From Candidatus Latescibacterota bacterium (GTDB lineage: Bacteria > Latescibacterota > UBA2968 > UBA8231): a stretch of DNA of 64,000 nt. Below are positions 34,779 to 46,221 of this stretch, one piece after another. A program made the translations under genes and the position numbers. The notes under the pieces are model-generated. The model searched no databases. It was not told the DNA's origin and saw nothing but the letters and a program-made list of their open reading frames with translations. Location: contig OZ241867.1 in the NCBI GenBank assembly GCA_965203175.1, forward strand, positions 2,784,001 to 2,848,000. The letters are read 5' to 3'. Position 1 is the first letter of the stretch. Each line of letters begins with the position of its first letter.

Positions 34779-37700
34779 ATGGCCAAACCCAGACTACTCA
34801 ATGCGTTCTTCTTAGTCTTCGCTGCCGCGATGATTGCGGTCGTCGGTTTCGGCAATCCGGGAGCAGTCAATCGCGCGGTAAATGATTTCTTCGGCTGGGC
34901 ACCCAACCCGCCCGTAGAGGCGCGGATGGTGGATCCCGCGCAAGCCGCCGAGCTTCGCGCTTTGGTCGCTGGCATTGACGAGGCGGACATTGCCGCTGAG
35001 ATCGCGCGCTTTGCCGCCTTTGGCTCGCGGGTGCCGGGTTATGCGGGGGAGCGGCAGGCCCGCGACTACGTGCGCCAGCGGTTTGAGGCGTTGGGGCTGG
35101 AGGACGTGCAGAGCGAGGCATTTAAGGTGGCCGTGCCCATCGATCGCGGCGGCGAGTTGGTGGTGCAAGGCGGCGACAGCAAGCGGCTCTACAGCTTGTG
35201 GCCCAACGGGGTGCGCACGCCCTCGCTGGGGCCGGACGGCGTGCGCGGCCCTCTGATCTACGGAGGCCAAGGCGAGCTCGAAGCATTGGACGGCCAGCCC
35301 GTGCAAGGCAGCATCGTGCTCTTGGACTTTGCCTGCGGCCAAAACTACCTCCACGCCGCATCGCTGGGAGCCAAGGCCATCGTCTTCTTCGACAACGGTG
35401 GCGTCAACCGCGAGCAGGCCGCGGACAAGTTCCTCAAGGTACCGGTTGACATCCCGCGATTTTGGCTCGAGCGGCAAGACGCGCTCGATCTGTTGGTGCG
35501 CCTGCAAGACGGGCCGGTCGTCGTCCACTTGAATGCGCGAATGGATTGGGAAGGGGTGGAAGCGCACAACGTATATGGCTACTTGCCCGGATCGCCAGAG
35601 ATGCTGCCGGCCAAGAGCCGCGAAAAGCCGCAGGCGTGGAAAGACCAAACTATCGTCATCCAAGCCTATTACGACGCCATATCGGCCGTGCCGGCCATCG
35701 CCCCGGGAGCGGAAAACGCGGCCGGGATCGTCGCCCTGCTCCAGCTAGTGGAACTGTTCAAGGAATATCGCCCGCACTACTCGGTGCTCTTTTTGGCGAC
35801 CTCCGGGCACTTTGAGGGCCTGTCCGGGATCAACGATTTCCTCTACCGGCACAGCCGCCGCAGCGACTATTTTCGCGAGCGCATGAGCGAAGACGAACGC
35901 ATTGACTTTGACCTGATGCTATCGCTGGATCTGTCGAGCCACGCCGACCGCACGGCCAGCTTTGGCATGGGCACCTTCTACAATCCCAAGTGGCGCACTG
36001 ACAACTACGTCAAATACATGTTGACGCCCTATTCCAAGCGACTGAGCCTCGCGGTCGAAGAGACCTTTGGCGATACCACGCGCCACTACGAGGGCATTGC
36101 TCCACCCAAGCGCACGTGGAAAAACTTCATGTCCATCCCGCTCGCCTTTGCCAGCGAGGCCGCGGCCTTCGTCGGCCAGAAGGCACTCGCCCTCGCCACG
36201 GCCAATGACGCGCGCGAGCGGGTCGACACGCCGCTCGACCTGCCGGAAGCGGTGGACGCGCAAAACCTCACGCGGCAGATCCAGACGCTCGCGGCCATGT
36301 TGGCGTGGGCTGGTCGCGACGCTGAGTTGCTCAAGCCGACCAAGTTGGAGTTGGAAGACTACGGCCACAGCTTGGCGGGCGCGATCTATTGGTTCGACCG
36401 CGATGTCAATTTTGCCGTGCCCAAGAAGCCGGTGCCGCAAGCGCTGGTGACCTATCAGCAACTCGGCCCGAACTCGGTCGGCGGGGTCCGCACCCTGATC
36501 GCGCAAGAGGCCGACAACGCGGGCCGCTTCCGCTTTGACATTATGCGCAACCGACTAGACAATGCCATCCGCGCGTACGAACTCGATCCCTACGGCGAGA
36601 TTATCTCGGCACCGGACATGGGCCAAGAGGGCGACGAGACGTACCCGACTGTGCATCCGTGGGGCTGGTGGGAAAACGAGATGCTGCAAGTGCTCTTCAA
36701 GTGCCGGGCGCTGAGTCTGTTCGAGACCGTTGACTCGCGCTACCTGTCGGTTTTGGACCACATGACCGTCCTCGACGACCGCGACGGTGTGCCGCAGTCG
36801 TGGGGGGCCGACTTCGTCGAAAAGCAGAGCAATGAGGAGGGCAAGGTAACGCTCGCCTCAGTGGTGTACGCCCAGCCCGGCACTCGGGTCAAAGCCCTGA
36901 TGAGCACGAGCCTTTTCGGCGTGCGCTATCTACTGAGTGGTGCGCCCGCCGAATGGGTGGCTGAGCCGGTGCGCCCGGCCGACGTGGATGAGCCGACGAT
37001 AGAGCGGGCGCTCGGGCGCGGCTATCTGGTGGATCAAGGCGTGGTGTTGCGCCCTGGGTACGCGGCCGCGCGCGACATGTGGGTTCTCGACGATGTGCGG
37101 ATCAAGCAGTTGGCGCGCTACGGGGTGCGCAACGACAAGTTCATGCGCCTGCACGAAGAGGCGCGCTTGGCCTTGTTGGAGGCTGAAGAGCACTTGCAGG
37201 CGCGGCGCTACAGCGAGTTCAAGCGGGCCACGCGCAAGGCGTGGGGCCTCGAAGGGCGGGGCTACCCAGACATCAAATCGACTGCGGATGACACGGTTTA
37301 TGGAGTGATCTTCTACTTCGCGCTGCTGCTGCCGTTTTCGTTTTGCTGCGAGCGGCTGTTTTTCGGCTTTGCCGACATCCGCCGCCAAGTGGCGGGCGCG
37401 GCGTTTTTCTTTTTGGCGATCTTCCTCATCATGCGCTTTATCCACCCGGCCTTCAAGCTGAGTTCGTCGCCGTACATCATCTTTTTGGCCTTCGTGATCT
37501 TCGCCATTGGCGGCACGGCCCTGATGATGATCTTAGGTCGCTTTACCCGGGCCGTCGGCCAGCGCAAGCGGGCCGCTGCTGGCGTCCACGAAGCGGACAT
37601 CGGTCGTCTCAGCGCCACGGCCGCGGCTGCGTCGCTGGGGATTTCCAACCTCCGCAAGCGCAAGTTGCGCACCGCGCTGACGGTCATCACGCTGACGCTT

Positions 37701-39386
37701 TTGACCTTTACGGCCCAGGCCTTCACCTCGGTGCAGAGCTATCTCAAGTTCTATCAGATCCCCCGTCCGAATGTGCCCAGCTACGAGGGTGCCCTGCTGC
37801 GCGACCGAGGCTGGAAGGGCTTGCAGCTATCAGTGCTCGACTATGCGGAGAGCGCGTTTGGCGACCAAGCGCAGGTGCTGCCGAGGTCGTGGATTACTTC
37901 CAAGGTCATTGGCGAGCGGGCCTATATTGACATTGAGCACAAGCCGGCACAGAAGAAGAGCTTTGCCTCAGCTCTCCTAGGAGTGACCTCGGGCGAGGGT
38001 GCGCTGATGGGGTTGGAAGAGTTGTTGGTGGGGCCGGAGAGCCGTTGGTTTGCGGACGGCGAGCGCGACGTGTGCATCCTGCCAGTGGCTATGGCGGAGA
38101 TCTTGGGCATTGGCCCGGAGGACGTGGGCACGGCCCACATTGGGCTGATGGGACGGTCCTATCGGGTCATTGGCTTAATCGACGGCGAGGTAATCGATGG
38201 TCTGCGCGACTTGGACAACGAGAGTCCGATGCCGGTAGATACGGTCGCCGAGGCCAAGAAGATGGAGGAAATGGCTGGCCTGGACCCGCGCCTGATGGAC
38301 ACGGCCGCGATTGAGACCTTTACCCACCTGTTGGCCAACAACGTGGCTTTTTTGCCCTATCAGCAGGTCGTCGATTTGGGCGGGACGCTGCGCTCAATTG
38401 CCATCGCTGGCTTTACTGATCGGGAGACTTTGCTCGCCGAGGTTGAGGAATTCGTGTCGCGGGTGGCCGTGCCGCTTTTTGTTGGGGCTGGCGAGCGCGT
38501 GCGGGTGTACACGTCTATGGGATCGGCGTCCTTGGCCGGGATTGGCAATCTCTTCGTGCCCTTGTTAATCGCCTCGCTGATCGTACTCAACACCATGCTC
38601 GGGGCCGTGTACGAGCGCTCTGGCGAGATTGGGGTGTACTCGTCGGTGGGGCTGGCGCCGAGTCACATTGCCGCGCTCTTCATAGCCGAGGCCCTCGTGT
38701 TTGCCATTGTCGGTGCGGTGCTGGGCTATTTAGTGGGTCAGACGACGACGCTGCTGCTGGCGCACTACGCGCTCTTGGGCGGGATGTTTCTCAACTACTC
38801 GTCGCTGTCGGCGATTTTTTCGACCTTGGTGGTGATGGTGGTGGTGGTGCTCTCGACTCTGTATCCAGCGCGCAAGGCCGCGGCCATGGCTGTGCCCGAT
38901 GTGACGCGGCGCTGGGAGTTTCCCCCGCCCGACGGCGACGACTGGCGCTTTGATTTCCCCTTTACGCTGGGGAAGGGCGATGCCTTGGGCTCGTGCGCGT
39001 ACCTGCACCGGGTCTTCTCGTCGTATGGCGAGGGGTCGGTGGGCGACTTTATGACTGAGGGCGTGGATTTCCACTTGGAGCAGGGCGGCGTGCAGCCGGT
39101 CTATCTATTGGAACTGATGGTGTGGCTCGCACCCTACGACTTGGGCGTGAGCCAGCGGGTGTTCCTGCGCACCTTGCCGACCGACGACATTCCGGGCATT
39201 TACCGCATCGAGATGCACTTGCAGCGCGTCAGCGGCGATGTGGTGAGCTGGCAGCGGCTTAACACCAGTTTCCTCAATGTGCTGCGCAAGCGCTTCTTGG
39301 TCTGGCGGACGATTGCGCCCGAGGTGCGGGAGGAATACTTGATTGAGGGCGAGAAGTTGGCGCAGGGGACGGAAGTGGGAGTTTAG
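34779..39386 (+). CDS. 1535-aa fusion: M28-peptidase-like ectodomain + MacB/FtsX-like ABC permease
   Basis: N-terminal TM; GSRVPGYAG, PA-like insert and AYYD...APGAEN...LFLATSGH (M28 fold); central TM bundle; NLRKRKLRTALT and VYERSGEIGVYSSVGLAPSHIAALFIAE (FtsX); LYPARKAA. Confidence 0.85.
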   Translation: MAKPRLLNAFFLVFAAAMIAVVGFGNPGAVNRAVNDFFGWAPNPPVEARMVDPAQAAELRALVAGIDEADIAAEIARFAAFGSRVPGYAGERQARDYVRQRFEALGLEDVQSEAFKVAVPIDRGGELVVQGGDSKRLYSLWPNGVRTPSLGPDGVRGPLIYGGQGELEALDGQPVQGSIVLLDFACGQNYLHAASLGAKAIVFFDNGGVNREQAADKFLKVPVDIPRFWLERQDALDLLVRLQDGPVVVHLNARMDWEGVEAHNVYGYLPGSPEMLPAKSREKPQAWKDQTIVIQAYYDAISAVPAIAPGAENAAGIVALLQLVELFKEYRPHYSVLFLATSGHFEGLSGINDFLYRHSRRSDYFRERMSEDERIDFDLMLSLDLSSHADRTASFGMGTFYNPKWRTDNYVKYMLTPYSKRLSLAVEETFGDTTRHYEGIAPPKRTWKNFMSIPLAFASEAAAFVGQKALALATANDARERVDTPLDLPEAVDAQNLTRQIQTLAAMLAWAGRDAELLKPTKLELEDYGHSLAGAIYWFDRDVNFAVPKKPVPQALVTYQQLGPNSVGGVRTLIAQEADNAGRFRFDIMRNRLDNAIRAYELDPYGEIISAPDMGQEGDETYPTVHPWGWWENEMLQVLFKCRALSLFETVDSRYLSVLDHMTVLDDRDGVPQSWGADFVEKQSNEEGKVTLASVVYAQPGTRVKALMSTSLFGVRYLLSGAPAEWVAEPVRPADVDEPTIERALGRGYLVDQGVVLRPGYAAARDMWVLDDVRIKQLARYGVRNDKFMRLHEEARLALLEAEEHLQARRYSEFKRATRKAWGLEGRGYPDIKSTADDTVYGVIFYFALLLPFSFCCERLFFGFADIRRQVAGAAFFFLAIFLIMRFIHPAFKLSSSPYIIFLAFVIFAIGGTALMMILGRFTRAVGQRKRAAAGVHEADIGRLSATAAAASLGISNLRKRKLRTALTVITLTLLTFTAQAFTSVQSYLKFYQIPRPNVPSYEGALLRDRGWKGLQLSVLDYAESAFGDQAQVLPRSWITSKVIGERAYIDIEHKPAQKKSFASALLGVTSGEGALMGLEELLVGPESRWFADGERDVCILPVAMAEILGIGPEDVGTAHIGLMGRSYRVIGLIDGEVIDGLRDLDNESPMPVDTVAEAKKMEEMAGLDPRLMDTAAIETFTHLLANNVAFLPYQQVVDLGGTLRSIAIAGFTDRETLLAEVEEFVSRVAVPLFVGAGERVRVYTSMGSASLAGIGNLFVPLLIASLIVLNTMLGAVYERSGEIGVYSSVGLAPSHIAALFIAEALVFAIVGAVLGYLVGQTTTLLLAHYALLGGMFLNYSSLSAIFSTLVVMVVVVLSTLYPARKAAAMAVPDVTRRWEFPPPDGDDWRFDFPFTLGKGDALGSCAYLHRVFSSYGEGSVGDFMTEGVDFHLEQGGVQPVYLLELMVWLAPYDLGVSQRVFLRTLPTDDIPGIYRIEMHLQRVSGDVVSWQRLNTSFLNVLRKRFLVWRTIAPEVREEYLIEGEKLAQGTEVGV

Positions 39387-39414
39387 TTTGTTATCAAGCG
39401 TTCAGTTGTAGCCA

Positions 39415-40353
39415 ATGGATAAATTGCCGAATGTCATTCCCTTGACGCCCTATTACCGGGAGATGGTGTGGGGCGGACGCCGCTTAGCCGATCTTTACGG
39501 CAAGGCCCTGCCAGACGATGTGCTCATTGGCGAGTCTTTTGAACTGTCGGCGTACGAGGGCCGCGAGAGTCGGGCGGTGGATGGTCGTTCGCTGGGGGAG
39601 TTGGTGGAAACGCATCGCGCCGATTTGGTTGGTGCTGCGGTGTGGGAGCGTTACGGTGGGCGTTTCCCCTTGCTTATTAAGCTCCTCGACGCTCAGCAGG
39701 ATCTGTCGATCCAAGTGCATCCCGACGACGAGTACGCCCAGCGCAATGGGTTGGTGGACAGCGGCAAGATGGAGGCTTGGTACGTGCTGCAATCGGACGG
39801 CGGCCGCGTGGCTTGCGGGCTGGCCGAGGGCGTGGGCCGCGCAGAGTTTGTCGCCGCACACGCGGCCAAGCGCGTTGCCGAGGTCGTTCGCTTTTACCCG
39901 GTTGCGCAAGGGGACGTGCTCTTTTTGCCGCCGGGCACGGTACATGCCCTGTGCCAAGGGGTCGTCCTGTACGAGGTGCAGCAAACAAGCGACCTGACCT
40001 TCCGCATCTACGACTACGGCCGGCCGCGCGAATTGCACTGGGAGCAGGCTCTTGAGGTCATAGACTTTGCCCAACACCTGCCCGGGCCGGTGTCGCATCC
40101 CGTGCTGTGCGGCCAAGTGTTGGTAGAGTCCGAGCACTTTGTGCTGCGCGGCTGCGGCTTAGATAGCGGCCAAGCCGAACATCGGGCCGAGGGATCGTTT
40201 CTGTCGCTGACGGTCGTTCGCGGCCGGGCGCGTGTAGGGGAGTGCGCCTTGGACACGGGGGCGACTGCGCTGGTGCCGGCTGGGCGCGCTTGCGCGGTCG
40301 CTCCGCTGGGAGGCGAAAGACTGGAGTACCTAATCGCTTCCGTACCCACCTGA
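39415..40353 (+). CDS. manA: Mannose-6-phosphate isomerase, class I (cupin)
   Basis: VWGGRRL, IGESFELS, FPLLIKLLDA, LSIQVHP, GKMEAWY, GTVHAL, EVQQTSDLTFRIYDY. Confidence 0.93.
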   Translation: MDKLPNVIPLTPYYREMVWGGRRLADLYGKALPDDVLIGESFELSAYEGRESRAVDGRSLGELVETHRADLVGAAVWERYGGRFPLLIKLLDAQQDLSIQVHPDDEYAQRNGLVDSGKMEAWYVLQSDGGRVACGLAEGVGRAEFVAAHAAKRVAEVVRFYPVAQGDVLFLPPGTVHALCQGVVLYEVQQTSDLTFRIYDYGRPRELHWEQALEVIDFAQHLPGPVSHPVLCGQVLVESEHFVLRGCGLDSGQAEHRAEGSFLSLTVVRGRARVGECALDTGATALVPAGRACAVAPLGGERLEYLIASVPT

Positions 40354-40424
40354 AAAGCCTTGCTGGAACGCCAGTCCCGATTATCATTAAACCAACGCAA
40401 CCACAAACAACGAAGGAGTATATT

Positions 40425-41210
40425 GTGAATCTATTTTCGCTAGCGGGAAAAGTCGCCCTCGTCACCGGCGCTAGTCGCGGCATTGGTCGCGGGGTGGCCG
40501 CAGGCATGGCTGAGGCCGGAGCCACGGTTATCTGCGCCGCCCGCACCCGCAGCCAACTCGACGAAGCTGTCGCTGCCATTGAGGCCGCAGGCGGCACGGC
40601 CCGCGCGGTCGAGTTGGACATGGCTGACCTAGAGGGCATGGATGCGGCCTTGGAGCAATGCGGGCCTATAGACATTCTGTTCAATAATGCCGGCATGAAC
40701 ATCCGCCAGCCCATCGTCGAGGTCTCAGAGGAAAACTACGATCAGATCATGGCCGTCAACCTCAAGGGCCTGTACTTCCTCAGCCAGAAGGTCGGCCGCC
40801 AGATGATCGAGCGCGGCCAAGGCGGCAAGATCATCAACATCGGTTCGCTGACCACGGGCTACGCCCTTGCCAAAGTGTCGGTGTACACCGCGACCAAGGG
40901 GGCCGTCGGCCAGCTCACCAAGGGCCAAGCCATTGAGTTCGGGCCGCACAACATCCAGGTCAATGCCATCTGCCCGGGCTTTATAATCACCTCGCTCAGT
41001 GAGAAGCTGTGGGCCGACGACACCATGCGTGCTTGGGGTGAGGGGCGGGTTGTGCTCAACCGCTTGGGGACGCCCGAAGACTTGGTCGGCACGGCCGTCT
41101 TTCTCGCCGCGCCAGCCTCGGATTACGTCACCGGGGAGTGCATTTACGTCGATGGCGGCTTCATGGCCGGCGACGAGTGGCCCTTGCCGCCGGTGGCTGG
41201 TAGCAAGTAG
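40425..41210 (+). CDS. SDR-family oxidoreductase (gluconate 5-dehydrogenase/KduD-like)
   Basis: AAGGAG RBS with GTG 40425; [29 protein letters not shown]. Confidence 0.9.
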   Translation: MNLFSLAGKVALVTGASRGIGRGVAAGMAEAGATVICAARTRSQLDEAVAAIEAAGGTARAVELDMADLEGMDAALEQCGPIDILFNNAGMNIRQPIVEVSEENYDQIMAVNLKGLYFLSQKVGRQMIERGQGGKIINIGSLTTGYALAKVSVYTATKGAVGQLTKGQAIEFGPHNIQVNAICPGFIITSLSEKLWADDTMRAWGEGRVVLNRLGTPEDLVGTAVFLAAPASDYVTGECIYVDGGFMAGDEWPLPPVAGSK

Positions 41211-41257
41211 TTTGTGCTATTGATGGCTATTTCTACTCTAATGAGGAGTTAGCTCGC

Positions 41258-43213
<1,956 letters not shown>

Positions 43214-45199
43214 GTGACCGCTGGTGCCTTAGTAATACCTGAAGGCAGCAAGGACAACTTCGCACTGCCTGAAGGCAGCGAGAACAGCGTTGCACGCGAG
43301 TGGCTGGAGACCAACGGCCTGGGCGGTTGGGCATCCTCTACGGTCAGCGGCGCGAACACCCGGCGCTACCACGGCCTGTTGGTTGTGGCGACCTGTCCGC
43401 CGGTTGGCCGGGTGGTGTTGCTGTCGCGGCTCGACGAGACCTTGGTTCTGCCCACGGCCCGCGTCGAGCTAAGTTGCAGCATTTTCCCCGGAGTCATTCA
43501 CCCACGGGGCGACCAATGGCTAACGGCCTTCGCGCCCGAGCCGGTGCCGACGTGGACGTACGCGGGGGATGGGTGGGTGTTGCGCAAGCGGCTGGCTTTG
43601 CTGGCGGGTGAGCATGCCTTGGTTGTCGCGTACGAACTAGTGGAAGCGTCCGAACCGCTTTGGTTGGAATTGTGTCCCCTTTTCGCGGCGCGAGACTATC
43701 ACCACTTAATGCAGGCCAACGATCAAGTCGCCCCAACAGCCGCTTGGGCTGAGGACGCGTTGGTCTATCGGCCCTATCGGGAGCAGCCTACCGCGCATAT
43801 CCTCGCCCCGGGCGCGTGCTGGGAGGCCGCTCCGGACTGGTACTACAACTTCCAATATCCGCGCGAGGAAGAGCGCGGCCTCGACTGCAGCGAAGACCTG
43901 TTCACGCCCGGCTACCTGCGTCTGCAACTCGTCCCCGGAGCCACCGTTGGCGTAGTCGCAGCCACTGAGCTTCCCTCCTGCCGCGACCCTCTCGCGCTCC
44001 TCGCCGACGAGATTGACCGCCGCCAGCAGGTGGAAATGCGCGCTCCTTGGACCGCTGACCCTTTGCTGCGGTCGCTGGCGCGGGCGGCCGATCAGTTTCT
44101 GGTGCGGCGCGGCGATGGCCTGCGCACCATTGTCGCGGGGTACCACTGGTTCACGGATTGGGGCCGCGACACTATGATCGCCCTGCCCGGCCTCTGCTTG
44201 GTCACCGGGCGTTTTGCCGAAGCGCGAGGTATCTTTGCAGCGTTTGCCGAGCACGTCAGCGAGGGCATGATCCCCAACCGCTTTCCCGACGCGGGAGAGG
44301 CTCCGGAATACCACGCTGTTGATGCGACCTTGTGGTTTTTTGTTGCGTTCTACAAGTATTTGCAATACACCGAGGACTACGAGTTTGCCTGCGAGCTCTG
44401 GCCGACGTTAGAGGACATAGCCGCTTGGCACGAGCGCGGCACGCGCCATCAGATTTGGGTTGATGCCGACGGCCTGCTCGCGGCTGGGGAGCCGGGGGTG
44501 CAATTGACGTGGATGGACGCCAAGGTCGGCGATTGGGTGGTCACGCCGCGCATGGGCAAGCCCGTGGAGGTCAATGCGCTTTGGTACAATGCGCTCAAAA
44601 TTTTGCAGCACTTGGGCGATACATTGGGTCAGCGCGCTGATTACGGCCAGCGCGCCGCTGAGGTGCAGGCGTCCTTTGATAGTATGTTCTGGTGCGAAGA
44701 GCGGGGGTACTTGTGCGACGTAGTCGCGTCCAAGGGGACGGATTGGTCGATTCGCCCCAATCAAATTTTTGCGCTCTCACTGCCTTTTCCGCTCGTCGAG
44801 GGCGAGCGGGCGCGGCGAGTCTTATCGGTGATTGACGAACACTTGCTGACCCCGCGCGGCCTGCGCAGCCTCTCGCCGTGCGATCCGGCGTACTGCGCCC
44901 GATATGCGGGTGGACCTTGGGAGCGCGACAGCGCGTATCACCAGGGCACGGTGTGGGGCTGGCTCATCGGTCCGTACATCACCGCCCTCTGTCGTTGCCA
45001 CGGTCTCGTGGGCCGCCAGCGCGGCCGCGCCCTCCTCGACGGCTTTGCCGCGCACCTGAACGAAGCGGGTTTGGGCACGGTCTCGGAGATATTTGACGCC
45101 GAGCCGCCTTTTGCGCCTCGCGGCTGTATCGCCCAGGCGTGGAGCGTGGGCGAGTTGTTGCGGGCCGGGGTGGAGGATGTGCTGGAGCCAAATGCATGA
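43214..45199 (+). CDS. Amylo-alpha-1,6-glucosidase (glycogen debranching enzyme, GDE_N + GDE_C)
   Basis: REWLETNGLGG, TRRYHGLL, AGYHWFTDWGRDTMI, LTWMDAK, GKPVEVNALWYNAL, AYHQGTVW, GCIAQAWSV. Confidence 0.93.
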   Translation: MTAGALVIPEGSKDNFALPEGSENSVAREWLETNGLGGWASSTVSGANTRRYHGLLVVATCPPVGRVVLLSRLDETLVLPTARVELSCSIFPGVIHPRGDQWLTAFAPEPVPTWTYAGDGWVLRKRLALLAGEHALVVAYELVEASEPLWLELCPLFAARDYHHLMQANDQVAPTAAWAEDALVYRPYREQPTAHILAPGACWEAAPDWYYNFQYPREEERGLDCSEDLFTPGYLRLQLVPGATVGVVAATELPSCRDPLALLADEIDRRQQVEMRAPWTADPLLRSLARAADQFLVRRGDGLRTIVAGYHWFTDWGRDTMIALPGLCLVTGRFAEARGIFAAFAEHVSEGMIPNRFPDAGEAPEYHAVDATLWFFVAFYKYLQYTEDYEFACELWPTLEDIAAWHERGTRHQIWVDADGLLAAGEPGVQLTWMDAKVGDWVVTPRMGKPVEVNALWYNALKILQHLGDTLGQRADYGQRAAEVQASFDSMFWCEERGYLCDVVASKGTDWSIRPNQIFALSLPFPLVEGERARRVLSVIDEHLLTPRGLRSLSPCDPAYCARYAGGPWERDSAYHQGTVWGWLIGPYITALCRCHGLVGRQRGRALLDGFAAHLNEAGLGTVSEIFDAEPPFAPRGCIAQAWSVGELLRAGVEDVLEPNA

Positions 45200-45302
45200 A
45201 GGGGCGGGCCGGTATTTTTGTTATTATGATGGCATATAATGGCGAAGGGACCGCACCTCTTCAACTTTGAAGCTGATCGTCACTTTGAGAAGGAAGATTA
45301 TA

Positions 45303-45785
45303 GTGAGCGGAAGAGTGTACATTGAGACGACAATTCCCAGTGTATATTACGACACCCGAGATGACGCGGAGACTATCGCACGACGTAGTTGGACTCGACG
45401 ATGGTGGATTAGGTATCGCTATGACTACGAGATTGTCACAAGTAGCGCCGTTCTAGAGGAGTTGCAGAACGGAGAATTCGATTCGAGGGAGAATTGCTTG
45501 AGACTGCTTGATAACGTTCCACTTTTACCGGTTGAGCGGGGCATCGGAGAGGTAGTACAGACGTATGTCAATCACCACGTCATGCCGGCCGATCCCACGG
45601 GTGATGCGCTTCACTTGGCACTGGCGTCGTACCACAAGTGCGACTTCCTTCTCACTTGGAACTGCCGGCACCTGGCGAACGCTAACAAATTCAGCCATAT
45701 TCGGACAATAAATGGCCTTCTCGGCCTGTTTGTACCTAGTCTTGTGACACCCTTGGAACTCCTTGGAGGTGAGGATGATGTCTGA
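45303..45785 (+). CDS. vapC: PIN-domain (VapC-like) toxin
   Basis: VYIETTIPS, VLEEL, DALHLALA, DFLLTWNCRHLAN; likely start GTG 45303. Confidence 0.85.
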   Translation: MSGRVYIETTIPSVYYDTRDDAETIARRSWTRRWWIRYRYDYEIVTSSAVLEELQNGEFDSRENCLRLLDNVPLLPVERGIGEVVQTYVNHHVMPADPTGDALHLALASYHKCDFLLTWNCRHLANANKFSHIRTINGLLGLFVPSLVTPLELLGGEDDV

Positions 45786-45945
45786 GCACTCTAAAGATGT
45801 GATAGATCGAGTTCGAGCCATCCGCCGGAAGATATCCGAAGAAGTTGGGAACGATCCGCAGGAACTCGTCCGCCATTATCAGGAGTTGGACGAGAAGTAT
45901 CGGGCCAGAGTACTCCGCAGAAAACAGACTCCGCAAGAGAAATAA
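45778..45945 (+). CDS. Small charged protein, putative antitoxin partner of the PIN toxin
   Basis: GGAGGT RBS; overlaps the PIN stop; DVIDRVRAIRRKISEEVGND...LVRHY pattern typical of PIN-associated small proteins. Confidence 0.7.
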   Translation: MSEHSKDVIDRVRAIRRKISEEVGNDPQELVRHYQELDEKYRARVLRRKQTPQEK

Positions 45946-45979
45946 GTGCTGGCTAAACTGCTCTTGGAACGGTGCGCCC

Positions 45980-46008
45980 TTGACAGATCTCAACGCGGCC
46001 CTTTTAAT
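45980..46008 (+). promoter_or_regulatory. Sigma70-type promoter of the cobalamin operon
   Basis: TTGACA (45980-45985), 17-nt spacer, TTTAAT (46003-46008), just upstream of the riboswitch. Confidence 0.6.
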
Positions 46009-46023
46009 AGTCAAGCAAATAAC

Positions 46024-46214
46024 GGCGCAGGTGTCCGCTGCCGCAGGGCAGCGGAAGAATAGGGAAGGCAGTGCAAATCTGCCGCGGTCCCGCCACTGTG
46101 ACCGGTTGACGGCCCACCAGCCGTCGCGTCCCCGACATCAGCCACTGATTCCCAAGAGGATCGGGAAGGAGTCGGACGGCACATAACCGGAAGTCAGGAG
46201 ACCTGCCTGCGACC
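46024..46214 (+). ncRNA. Cobalamin (B12) riboswitch
   Basis: GCAGGT...AATAGGGAA-GGCAG-TGCAAAT-CTGCC-GCGGTCCCGCCACTGTGA...GCCACTG...GGGAAGG...AAGTCAGGAGACCTGCC (B12 box), upstream of btuB-like genes. Confidence 0.95.
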
Positions 46215-46221
46215 GAGGTGA

